Assembly: GCF_006345805.1 (NCBI RefSeq)
Contig: NC_043004.1
Location: 85,684,001-85,748,000 of the forward strand
From: Octopus sinensis
Lineage: Eukaryota
Length of the DNA: 64,000 bases
Reading direction: 5' to 3'
This document shows, one piece after another, positions 52,050-64,000 of this stretch. Each line of letters opens with the position of its first letter. Position 1 is the stretch's first letter. The notes under the pieces are model-generated. The model had not been told where the DNA came from. It searched no databases and saw only the letters and a program-made list of their open reading frames with translations. The translations under genes and the position numbers were made by a program.

Positions 52050-52344
52050 AGAAAGATATCTCCTCCCGTCCCCATAACATAATATCATATTCCTCAATAC
52101 TACTCCGAACTAAGTCAAGGTAAGTGGTCATGTCTTGTGAGTTCTTGGTGATCTCATCTGCGTTGATGCCAATGAGGGAAAAGTCACAGTGCACTTGGGA
52201 ATGAGGTTGGCGATAGGAAACGCATCCAGCTGAGGGAGAAAAAAAAACTAACCCAGACAAGACATTTGACATTCGGGGCAGTCTCCTGGCTCGACGATTC
52301 CTGACAAATCGTCCAGCCTATGACATCATAGAAAAAAAGGGACG

Positions 52345-52395
<51 letters not shown>

Positions 52396-52438
52396 CGATG
52401 ATATTGACGACGACGACGACGGTGGCGGCGGCGACGAC

Positions 52439-52471
<33 letters not shown>

Positions 52472-52495
52472 AATGATATGACGACGACGAGGAGG
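52050..52495 (+). mobile_element. Decayed RTE-like 3' end with (GAT/GAC)n tail
   Basis: Weak KW-x-W-x-GH...KR...W-x-D-like pattern directly followed by a GAT tail. Confidence 0.4.
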
Positions 52496-53056
52496 AGAAA
52501 AAGGAAAGAGGAACGCATGTTAAAACTTGGGCGACTGAACACGTATGGGTTTACATTTTATTCAACAGAACAGTACCTAATTAGCAACCAGTATTTGTAA
52601 GAACGTAGATTGATAAGCAATAATAATTAGCTTACCCAATATATGAAATTCTTCTAAAAATGAGCTGCAAAACCTACCTACGAAGACGATGAGACTGTAA
52701 ATAACATTAGTAAAGTTTGAAATCAATATTTCAAACTAAATCATTTCAAAATTATTTGTCAATTATCTATAAACTGGATATCGCTACACCCGAAATGGAC
52801 AGCAAAATTTCAAATTTAAGTCGTAATTATCTACCAATTCATCTCTTCTATTTTCTATTCAAACTGACACTACTTTACGTTTAAATGTCAATCGCCTGCT
52901 TCTATTTAATATTTTCTTGTCATTTATACATAAGCTTAAGACATTCCAAACACACACCACACACATATATATATATATATATATAGTATGTGTGTGTGTG
53001 TGTGTGTGTGTGAGTGTGTATGAACATATATATATATACATATATTTATATTATAT

Positions 53057-53096
<40 letters not shown>

Positions 53097-53124
53097 ATAT
53101 AATAGATACGTATATATTATATAT

Positions 53125-53184
<60 letters not shown>

Positions 53185-53534
53185 ATAATAGATACGTATA
53201 TATTATATGTATGTATATGTATACATATATACATGCATATATGTATGTATGTATGTAATGGCGATTCGTATTTTTACTATACTTATGAATTATCTAAAAA
53301 AAATATCGATTGCATTTACAGAATGTACAATTGTTGCATATTCAATTAGTAATCAGTTATGTATCAATTGCTTCTTGATTGATCAAACTATATTCATGTG
53401 TCAGCCATCAATAATATACGTCAGAATAAACAAACTGAAAGCGTGGTAGATTGCATAGCCAGAAATATGATATATATATACATATATATATACATATACC
53501 ATGTATCATATAGTATGTATATATATCTATATCG

Positions 53535-53588
<54 letters not shown>

Positions 53589-53677
53589 ATAATTATATAT
53601 GTATACATATACATACGTATATATGCATGCATATATTTATGTATAATGCACGCATATATATACACACATATATACAC

Positions 53678-53725
<48 letters not shown>

Positions 53726-53765
53726 TATATATATATATATATAGTTATATATTATAATATATATG

Positions 53766-53800
<35 letters not shown>

Positions 53801-53844
53801 GTGCAAGTGTGTATGGTAGTTTGGTCTGATGTGTGTGTGTTCAA

Positions 53845-53990
53845 CTGTTCAACGGTACTTTATTATAGCGACTCCGAAAGAATAAAAGGTAAAATCGACC
53901 TCAGCGGAATTTAAACTCGGAACGTAAAGACGGACGAAATGTCGCTAAGTATTTTTGTTCGGCCTGAAAACGGTTCTGCCAGCTTGCAGT
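53845..53990 (-). mobile_element. SINE family A
   Basis: aaaggtaaaatcgacctcagcggaatttaaactcggaacgtaaagacggacgaaat is the reverse complement of the core and head. Confidence 0.75.
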
Positions 53991-54676
53991 CTCAATTCTG
54001 GCTACAATATTAACATCTAGAAATTAATTACAAAAACGAAATACATTTTTGGACAACAGACATGGAGTTCTCCGTTGATTTTTTTTCTTTTCTACAATTG
54101 TCTGTTCAGCAGTTGAGTATCACATACAGAATGCATTTGTATTAATTAGAAACGGCCATATTTTTCTATTTTCTATTCTTCCGCTAAATCAGCAAAACGC
54201 TTGTAACTAAATGAATTTTTTGCCTTTACTGTGTACTAAACATAACAACAATGTTCTTTCTCACACCACTATAACTATTGGTCCTAATCATTAAATGTGT
54301 TTTAGCTTAAAATCAACTACAACCCGAACTTAAACTAAACACAGTCGTACTGTCATGTCAGACAATATTCTGAGATGCCATGAGCCTTATGTAACACTTA
54401 TTCTTAATAATTACGGTGGTCAATCTTTATTCCTCACTTGGCACCATTTTCTATTTAATGTTATAGATTTTTTAACAAATGATTATAAAACACCTTCATT
54501 GACTTCTAGCTTTAAAAAATATTCATATATGTGCTGGTTTACGAAAAAATAATATGCAAAGTGTTCTGTTTTAAATTTCTTTCTTTGTGTGAAAAAGTCG
54601 ACAGAATCTTAACAGAAATTGTTAGTGACATTCAAGGCAAAGAGGAGATAATTTCAACAAATTATGGAAATCCTTA

Positions 54677-54877
54677 TCATATTCCGATTATATTAAACCT
54701 CATCGGTGAAGCGTTATTTTTCAAGTCTGCATTTTTCATGTCAGGTTTTATGTAGGGTCCTGCGCCGTTGCAGCGCGTTGTTGCATTCACTATTTGTCGG
54801 TATGTTTCCGTGTCTTTTCGGGTGACCCATTCCGCAGAATCGCAATCGGTCCCAATCTCCACGAGGCACCCCCTCAT
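54677..54877 (-). other. Candidate coding exon (possibly terminal) of an unidentified gene
   Basis: GC-richer unique island; T-rich tract and AAG/CAG acceptor directly before a 66-codon open frame (MRGCLVEIGTDCDSAEW...TRCNG...). No recognised homology. Confidence 0.25.
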
Positions 54878-56069
54878 CTGCTTGTCAATTAAAGAAATTG
54901 TTATAAATAAAAATTATCTACCACTATTACTAATTTCCACATGTAGCTATGGGGAATAACTCAACTTGTTTTATGACATGAATCTATAATTCACTTAGAT
55001 GTGAAGACCTATATAAAACATGATAAAATTCTTAGTGAAATTATATTTACCGCTTACTATAGGTCAGAAAACAAAAGCTTGTTGCGTAGTGTTAGCAAGA
55101 AATGGACGAGAACGTATTTAGAATATAAAAGAATATAAATGTCAGAAAGGATAATGATATTTTCAATTTCTCAAGATTAAAGTAATTTAGACTTCCATTA
55201 ATAATTTCAATAACGCGAAGCCCCATCGTTTTACCCAAAAGGGAATTTATTTTGCCTAATTACAAATATATTGTGTGAAGCTTATTAAATATCTCCATAA
55301 GTCATAAAAGATGAATTGTAATTCCTTCGTCAATTTTAGTAACCATACTCCATCTATTTTTGCTTCGTTTTGTCTCTTTTCACTTGTCTGAAACATAATA
55401 AGATCATCTCACATCTATAGAAGTCCTTATGTGTATTTCAATAACGAGCTACACGACGAAACACGAGAAAGAAAATAATCTTCCCTAAATTTCCTTGAAC
55501 CATTGCACTGTATTCTATCATTTGAGCACATCGTAGTATCATATCTTCTCACAAATTAGAATATATTTTTCTTACTATATGTTGAATCCCCTGTGGTTTA
55601 GATTCTAAATTAAGTGACCAAACTTTCCAAAATTAATAAGATCATGGCCCTAAAGAGAGAAATTATTTCGTAGTAGAATATCTCTTACAGGAAACAAAAT
55701 TGACTACGTCTTTTAATAAAAGACGTAAAATATTTTGTGATAGAATATGGCTAGGAGATATAGAATACGTAGCAGGAAAGTTTCGACTAATTTCACTATA
55801 CGAATAATTTCACTATATGAACAATTTTTCTCACTTTGCTAGACGAGCCAGTGTAAATCCATACATGTGTACATCATGTTGTTATTATCACTAGATCGGC
55901 ATGAAAGGTGAAGACCATACTTTGGTTGCAAACTCATTATATATCGGGCTATCACTGGAATCGGTCAAGTAACTTCTACTATACCCTTGGGCTGAATAAT
56001 GTCTTTAAGTGAATTTGGTATAAGCACGCATGTCGCATCTATAACTACACACAACACACCACACACATA

Positions 56070-56135
<66 letters not shown>

Positions 56136-56260
56136 CATCACAATCAAGGAACGGCCATAATAGGCCATTCACCCACTAGAATAACAGCCAAAAGCTTTAA
56201 CCGCAAAATAACATCAATTCCGTAAACCAGGAGAAAATTAAAAAACATTTACCCTGTAAT

Positions 56261-56364
56261 TTCTTATACGATGCACCGTTTCGTCTACTGTTTAATGGTA
56301 AACTAACCTGATTAAATTAAATCAAGCCAATCTACCATAGGCCCTTAGATTCATCAGTAAGAAA
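56261..56364 (-). ncRNA. Type I hammerhead ribozyme candidate (left arm copy)
   Basis: Reverse-complement copy of 56615-56717 with all core nucleotides present. Confidence 0.7.
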
Positions 56365-56614
56365 TAGCCAAGTCGGAACAGATATTTTTCACGAGGCATT
56401 CCCGTCCCTGCCTCGGTAATATCTGACCAATTTTGCCACCCTATATTGATTAATTATGAATTTTCTGGTTAATTCCGTAATGGAATCGGCGGCTTATATT
56501 TATTTGCTGCCGATAAATTTGGCGCGAGTGCGATGATTTGAAAATTTTAGGTCAGATATTGCCGAGGCAGGGACGGGAATGCCTCGTGAAAAATATCTGT
56601 TCCGACTTGGCTAT

Positions 56615-56717
56615 TTCTTACTGATGAATCTAAGGGCCTATGGTAGATTGGCTTGATTTAACTTAATCAGGTTAGTTTACCATTAAACAGTAGACGAAAC
56701 GGTGCATCGTATAAGAA
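56615..56717 (+). ncRNA. Type I hammerhead ribozyme candidate (right arm copy)
   Basis: Stem I TTCTTA/TAAGAA; core CTGATGA (56621-27); long stem II; GAAA (56696-99); stem III ACG/CGT; GTA triplet, predicted cut after 56711. Position 10.1-11.1 is A.C rather than G-C. Confidence 0.72.
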
Positions 56718-56977
56718 TTACAGGGTAAATGTTTTTTAATTTTCTCCTGGTTTACGGAATTGATGTTATTTTGCGGTTAAAGCTTTTGGCTGTTATTTCT
56801 AGTGGGTGAATGGCCTATTATGGCCGTTCTTTGATTGTGATGTTGAACATAAAAATGGTATATGACTATTTAATTTTTTCCCACTAGGCCGCTCGTGGCA
56901 AAAAAAAAAAAATTCTACAAAATTTTTTGCCACCCTATATTGATTAATTATATATATATTATATATATATATATATC

Positions 56978-57032
<55 letters not shown>

Positions 57033-57243
57033 CATACAAATATATATATATATGCATATATACATTAAGATAAACTTATTGGAAATGGATGCGTGGCGTT
57101 CATTCAAATAATATAAATAATATATATCATCGCATATATATATATAATACAAATAATGTAAGTAATATTATATGTATATATATACAGAGCCTATATATAT
57201 ATATATATATACTATATATATATAATATATATATATATAGCTA

Positions 57244-57276
<33 letters not shown>

Positions 57277-57521
57277 GCATATAATATATATACATAATAT
57301 ATATATACGTACATTCATATGTATGTTTGCTCGAAATCAAGAGTAGTAGGACAACTGATGAAGGGTTTTTTTTTTATGTTACTTGTCATGTCTTCCTGTT
57401 TCACTAGTTCTTTGTGTATCCAACGTATTTTCTTTTCGTATTTCATGTGTTTACGTTTTGTGACGTCCTGTACACATATAGACATACCTATGTGGATACA
57501 TATGTATGTACATATGTGTAC

Positions 57522-57569
<48 letters not shown>

Positions 57570-58426
57570 GTGTGTGTGTGTCTGTTGTGTTGGGGCTGCG
57601 TTGGAAGGTTACCGTATATGTATTTATATATATATGTAAGTAAATATACATGCATGTATGGCTGTGTGTATGTGTGTGCGTTCGTGCGTGTTGGAGGAAA
57701 CCTTCGTGTTTGTACCCCTCACACTCCTTGAAAATCTATTTTGCTTTGATTTGTCTGATTAAATTCTTCAAGGCGTTGCCCCAGCATGATCTTAATTCAA
57801 TTAACGAAACATCGTAAACAATAAAATATATAATTGCGGTTACAATTCCCCCCCCCCCCCCCCTCACAAAGTATTGAATGCGAAAATGCAATCTCACGAA
57901 TTAATTGCCATATCAGCTGTAATATTGCCACTATTCCTCCTGGCATGTGGTTAATATTTTCTGATCGAAAACAATAACAGCCTGCCAGAAACATTCCAAA
58001 GAGTGATGTGTTGGCAACGATCACGACGCAACAGTGGCACAGAGATGAAATATGTTCATTAGCCTAACAAATGATAGACAAATAGCTTGGAGACGCCTGT
58101 TTTTAAATGTCTTAAATATTTTTTTTTTTTTTTTTTTTTTTTTACTTAACGAATTGTCTAAAGATTTATAGCGGTAAGTATGAAATATTCCCCTGTATTT
58201 AATCAAATTTAGCTACTAACTGCCACTGGAAAACACTGTAGACAATGAAGAATAATGTCTATCTGCGAGCAGATCGTTGTTTGGTGTCTGGCTCTAACTC
58301 AAAGTAAATTAGTTGGACGTAAGCAATAGATTATAATAATATGTATCTCAAATGCATATATTTTCACACACACACATACGCATACATAAACACACACACA
58401 TATGTATTATTATATATGTAAATATA

Positions 58427-58526
<100 letters not shown>

Positions 58527-58810
58527 TAAGCGTATACAGATATGTAGAGAATGATTTGTAGGCACGCATCTAGTTATACATGTATTGTATTTGCGTGTGG
58601 TTATATATGCATCGAAACGTCAGATGTGAAAGAGAATAATTGGTACAAATAAAACACAGACAGATAGGTAGTCGTGTGTAAGAAATATAAACAGAAAGAT
58701 GTATATGTGTGAGTGTGTATGTGCATGTGTTCATAAGTGCGTGTATGTAGCGCGGTTGTTATGTGATACGCAAAAAAGTAAATAACTCTCCTCACATGCG
58801 TGTATGTGTT

Positions 58811-58846
<36 letters not shown>

Positions 58847-58899
58847 GAGAGAGAGAGAGAGAGAATGGCAGAGAGAAAGGGAGAGAGGCAGACAAACAA

Positions 58900-58901
58900 T
58901 C

Positions 58902-58963
<62 letters not shown>

Positions 58964-59090
58964 ATAGATAGATGGATAGATATGTAAATAGATAGATAGA
59001 TATCTAGATAGATAGATAGATAGATATAGATAGATAGATAGATAGATGATAGATAGCTAGATAGATAGATAGAGATAGATAGATAAACAG
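58900..59090. repeat. (GATA)n microsatellite
   Basis: Directly visible. Confidence 0.95.
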
Positions 59091-60094
59091 AGAGGCAGAC
59101 AAGCACAGCTATCTCCTTTTCTGACTGTCATATATATGCATTCAAAGCTGTGCATGTGTGTGTGATTCCATGCGTATATGTGTGTGCGTGCGTGCATGTA
59201 TGTATGTGTGTGTGTGTGTGTGTATTTATGAATATATATATCTACTTACGTGTCTATGGAGTGGATATATATAAGAATGAATGAGTATCATAGAGTCCAG
59301 TGGAAACATAAACTTCTGGATAAGCAGACACATTGTTAATCAACGATGTCCGCAATTAATTAGTTCGTGTTGTTATTTCAAAGTCAAGCAATACATTACC
59401 CAAATGAAGAATAATAATTAGTCACGTATTTTCCTTCTGTTCCTATACATCATTTGCAATGGTCGTGATTAATTGAGTATATTTTGCACACTGGAAGAAT
59501 CTTGAAGTTCTTTAACAAGAAGCTGGATTTAAGTACGTACATCTATAATCAACTTCGATCCACACTTGCCCATCTGGCTGGTTTAGCAATTGCAAATGTA
59601 GGATTACATGCAATCGTATCACGTTCACGGCACTGATTCCATTTTCGTCCAATTACCTCATCTAGGTAATGTGGTGCGTACACAAACACATAAACATAGG
59701 CAAACATATACACATGCTCTCAGACGTCCACTTACACTCAATCACATGCACACACATAAAAATACACAACCGTATGGAATTCTGCTGACAAGTCATTATC
59801 ATCCAGAGCTTATACTCAATTAAAAGCTGGCATTACTTCCATTAGTAACAGCAATTATTTTATATAAATACAATTATTTTCACAGTCCACTTAATTATCG
59901 CACCGATTGTCATTGTATGCTTGCGTGAAAGAGAGAACCAGACAGATATACAAGCAGACAGAGAGATATATTTGTACACAAAAGAATTGCACCTGCTTAA
60001 TCTTTCAGTTATATGCCGTTTTATTTTGTGTACCCAACAGTGTGCTATGCCTGCTGTTTTCAAATTAACATAAAATCATTGTTTTTTTTGTTTG

Positions 60095-60836
60095 TTTGTT
60101 TCAGTCATTTGACTGCGGCTATGCTAGAGCACCGCCTTTAGTCGATCAAATCGACACCTAGTACTTATTCTGTCGGTCTCTTTTTTCCGGACCTCTAGCT
60201 TACGGGGTCATAAACACACCAGCATCGGTTGTCAATCGTTGTTGGGGAGACAAACACAGAAATACAAACATATACATATCTCATATAAAATCCGTTCTGT
60301 CTGTCTCTGTGTGTGTCTCCTCGGATCTCGGGCATCCTCCATCAGATTGCGTTCAAATTTCATATGTAGATACCGACGGTATCAGGGCGTGTATAAGTCT
60401 TGAAGAAATTACAAAAATCGATTCCAGATGAGAATGCGATCGATAAAGCCGTTTTTGTCCGGCTTTTCTTCTGTCAACCTGTACATAACTTCACCTTATA
60501 TTTTTTGTTGTTTTTGTTCTGCTTAAAGGCACGTTTCTTTCCTACCAAGCTTACAGTTTAAACCATCTATGTATTCTCACAGTCAACTGTTTTATCATTA
60601 CTGGTACTTTAAACTCTTCGGTTGCATATTTGTGTGAATAAAATCCTTTCTCTTTTGAATATAAAAAAAGGTCTATCGTTATTTCATTTTTTGCTGGTGT
60701 CTCAAATTTAGGTGAAATCAGTGTTTCTCAAAGGGGAGGCCTATGGGACGGTCGGACAAGTTGTTTTGAGAAAATTTGGTTTAAATGTTTGACAACTTAG
60801 CACCGTCCATTGGACGGGGGGCGATTTTGCTCGTAC

Positions 60837-60889
<53 letters not shown>

Positions 60890-61035
60890 TACGAAGGCTT
60901 CTTTCGGTTTCCGTCTACTAAATCCACTCATAAAGCTTTGGTGGTCCCGAGGTTATAATAGAAGACACTTGTCCAAGGTGCCACGCAGTGGGACTGAACC
61001 CGGAACCATGTGGTTGTTAAAGAAGCTACTTACCT
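60095..61035 (-). mobile_element. SINE family B split by a Helitron insertion in its internal microsatellite
   Basis: Tail half at 60095-60275 and head/core half at ~60880-61035. Confidence 0.8.
60279..60833 (+). mobile_element. Non-autonomous Helitron-like element (second family)
   Basis: A|TC start 'tctcatataaaatcc..tgtctg', subterminal hairpin ccgtcca-t-tggacgg, CTCG|T end (CTAG variant). Confidence 0.65.
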
Positions 61036-61209
61036 GCGCCAATAAAATATATTATACATAAGACATACATTAAGTCCTTAAATCACTCAGCTGTCTTATA
61101 CCTATTCTACAACTCATCCGTCAAAATAGATATTATAGGGTAAAGATGCTTCGTGAGTCATATAGACATATTAGGGCCGGAGTGCTGGTTCCCATGACAC
61201 ATAGACATA

Positions 61210-61260
<51 letters not shown>

Positions 61261-61564
61261 AAAGTCAAAATGCGATAAAATAAAATTAATTATTATCGCT
61301 GGTGTTTCTAGCACAGGCCATATATTATTCATATATAAGTACATTAAAAGGCGAAGTATGTGCTAGATACACAGAAGCTTGATAAATTTAGTGAAATGAA
61401 AATAAAAACTTTTACTAACTCGGTTCATCTTATACTGCAGTTTCGTCTTTTTCAGCGATAAAAATAATTTATTTACTCAGGATGACTCGTCAGTAAGATC
61501 CCTGTTATTCTGAAATCGCAACTCAATAGACACATGTGCGCCTACTAATTTGCTCTTTCTAACT

Positions 61565-61795
61565 AATCAGATATATATAGTTAATCCAAACAAGAAAACA
61601 CAGAAAAAAAACACAGCAACGCGAGGACGTGGAACAATTAAAGTATTATTTGACGCTCAGGAAAGAAGGGAAGGGGGGTTAAACGTTTCGAGCGGAGCTC
61701 TTCGTCGGAAACAAGGAGAAGGAAAGATCCCGAGAAGGGAAGACAGAGGAAAAAAATATTTTTGCTGGTGGTGCTCAAGAGATCACATTTTGAAA
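61565..61795 (-). mobile_element. Short Penelope pLTR-like element with minimal HHR (61682-61708)
   Basis: CCGACGA-A-GAGC-TCC-GCTC-GAAAC-GTT; same family as 22150-22325; flanked by (AT)n. Confidence 0.7.
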
Positions 61796-61821
61796 GACTA
61801 TATATATATATATATATATTT

Positions 61822-61942
61822 GTAAAATAATATGTGACAATTATTCGGTAGCCAGGATAAAACTCTGAGTTTCGGATGCCGAGGTGGAAATCCACAACAC
61901 CATCTCTTCGGATAACCGAATAATTGTCACATATTATTTTAC
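61822..61942 (-). ncRNA. Type I HHR-like motif closed by a perfect 28-bp stem
   Basis: Inverted repeat 61822-61849 / 61915-61942 encloses CCGAAGA, stem II GATG/CATC with inner GTGG/CCAC hairpin, GAAA, stem III ACT/AGT and a GTT triplet. Confidence 0.6.
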
Positions 61943-62020
61943 AGTAAATTTCCTCTATTTACATAATATTGAGATCTCTTTCTTTTGTTATCTTACCGTT
62001 TACCAATTTTATATATATAT

Positions 62021-62078
<58 letters not shown>

Positions 62079-62079
62079 C

Positions 62080-62151
<72 letters not shown>

Positions 62152-62159
62152 TATATATA

Positions 62160-62332
62160 CCTGTACAGGACACCGGTTCATCACAGGATTACTCATTTTT
62201 GGGAGACTGAGTGGCCTGCAGCAACGTGGAACGACGTGTTTTGCTCTAGAACACAAAACGTTGCACGGTCCATGAATCGAAACCACAATCTCACAACCAT
62301 GAACCCAACGCCCTAACCACTAAGCTACGCCT
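62160..62332 (-). mobile_element. tRNA-derived SINE family D
   Basis: Head aggcgtagcttagtggttagggcgttggg...gtttcgattc (A/B boxes), followed by a non-tRNA body. Confidence 0.7.
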
Positions 62333-62429
62333 GATGAAAAATTGAGTGGTTAGAATCATGATGCTCATGATCATAATCCCATGCATACAATTCCTGCCTC
62401 GAGTGGTGGATTGTATCTCTGAGGGTGTC

Positions 62430-62800
62430 CCTTGACTTTATATTGAACGTGGGCGCCAGTGTTTGCGCGCAACATGTCTAAATAATGCTAAGTTTCTGAC
62501 CATGTGCATTGGATCCGCCCATAATACATGATAAATTTGTCTTCGCGTGTTTTCCTTAAGATCAATGAGGTCATAAACTTTGTTTATGATACTGTCACCA
62601 ATATAGCTCTATAAGATGTTTAGAAGGGTTGTGTCTGGTGACTTTGGTAGCCAGGGAACTGAACCGACTTCTCCGATCCAACGGTTTGAGAAACTCTCCA
62701 GAATCCAATCTCCAACGGGACGGCGCACCATCTTATTGGGAAATAACATTTGGTTGCAATGAAGTTGATTGATGAATCTTAACTTTAACGGATACAATTA
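62430..62800 (-). pseudogene. Tc1/mariner transposase C-terminal (catalytic) fragment
   Basis: FQ*DGAPS, WILESFSNRWIG..G...WLPKSPD (the WPPRSPDL motif) and a GAHVQ end motif. Confidence 0.8.
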
Positions 62801-63324
62801 ATTGGGAGAAGTTATAAAAATAATTTATGAACACGTTATATATATCCAACTAAAATCAATGCGATTCGGATGTAGATTGGTATTCACTACAGTTGAGTAG
62901 ATTCAACATTGCCTTAGCTTTTCAGAATTTCCATGTTTCTCTGCAATTCTATTTGTATTTCCACCACTTTTCGCTCTTTTCTCTTCTTCTTAAATTTCTC
63001 TACAAGAGCAATATTCATTTCTCTATCCAGTAGCCACAACCTGCTGTTCACCTGGATCTAAGAGAGGGCGGAATCTGATCTATGGCCAGAAGTTATACTT
63101 GTTCGGCGAGTGACACCTACCTTTCTTTCTTTTTTCTACTCGAAGTATAAACGAGGTCAAAAGACACTCAGATCGATATTGTCTTTCCTTATTCTGAGGT
63201 CGATAAATAAAGTACTAGTCCCTTAATGGGGTCGATTCCCATTTCTCACTATCTCTTTCTCACTGTCTATCGCTCTCATTGACGTCGGTCTGTTACAAAC
63301 TTGAAACAATATCTTCAGAACGGT

Positions 63325-63910
63325 AAGGCGGCAACCTGGCAGAAACGTTAGTACGACGAGCGAAATGTTTAGCGGCATTTCGTCTGTTTTTACGTTCAGA
63401 GTTCAAATTCCGCCGAGGTGGACTTTGCTTTTCATCCTTTCGGGGTCGATAAATAAAGTACCAGCCTTCTCCCCCAAAATGTTCAGGTCTTGTGCCAAGT
63501 GTACTCTTTTACTCTTTTACTTGTTTCAGTCACTTGACTGCGACCATGGTAGAGCACCGCCTTTAGTTCAGGAAATCAACACCAGGACTTATACTTTCTA
63601 AGCCTAGTACCTATTATATCGGACTCTTTTGCCGAACCGCTAAGTTACGGGGTACGTAGACACACCAGCATCGATTGTCACGCGATGCTGTGGGGGAACA
63701 AACACAGACACACAAACGCACGCACAAATATAAATATATACATATATACGACGGGCTTCTTTCAGTTTCCGTCTACCAAATCCACTCACAAGGCTTTGGT
63801 CGGCCCGAGGCTATAGTAGAAGACACTTGCCCAAGGTGCCACGCAGTGGAACTGAACCCGGAACTATGTGGTTGGTAAGCAAGCTACTTACCACACAGCC
63901 ACTCCTGCGT
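63325..63910. mobile_element. SINE family A (63325-63500, plus) abutting full-length SINE family B (63520-63910, minus)
   Basis: Heads, cores and tails match the other copies. Confidence 0.85.
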
Positions 63911-64000
63911 CTAGAAACGAACATCTTCAGAACATCGAGACATTTTTATTTTCTTCATTCATCTATTCTTCCTTTCATTTATCGCACATATACTGGATGT

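Larger units (their letters stand above)
56135..56843. repeat. Near-perfect long inverted repeat: ~293-bp arms (56135-56428; 56550-56843), ~120-bp spacer
   Basis: By manual alignment the arms differ by about 3 substitutions and 3 homopolymer indels. Confidence 0.95.

Noticed and set aside
57330-57366. GAAA followed by CTGATGA (possible type II permuted hammerhead)
   Set aside because: Stem I and the NUH triplet cannot be placed consistently.
59541-59655. Minus-strand open stretch LDENGISAVNVIRLH...PDGQVWIEVDYR ending at a GTACGT donor
   Set aside because: No convincing in-frame acceptor and no recognised family; length is within chance expectation.

Overview
This is AT-rich, microsatellite-saturated eukaryotic DNA, most likely an intronic or intergenic stretch of an octopus or other coleoid cephalopod genome (inferred from the SINE families and repeat landscape). 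No host gene can be called with confidence, and nearly all listed ORFs are microsatellite artefacts or transposon remnants. Transposon content: two Tx1/L1-like LINE remnants (one keeps both ends, lacks the RT core and is flanked by a 52-bp direct repeat); RTE-like, CR1-like and R4/Dong-like LINE fragments; two Penelope-like elements (RT plus GIY-YIG) and solo pseudo-LTR pieces; mariner/Tc1 remnants; two non-autonomous Helitrons; a foldback element; a MITE-like hairpin; and many tRNA-derived SINEs of about four families. The most notable signal is about 12 hammerhead-ribozyme (HHR)-like motifs in several different repeat families, found by eye. These include a near-complete type I HHR with a long G.U-rich stem II, present as two inverted copies in a ~293-bp near-perfect palindrome (56135-56843), and a type I HHR-like motif closed by a 28-bp stem (61822-61942). 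All RNA folds were worked out by hand and need computational and biochemical confirmation.
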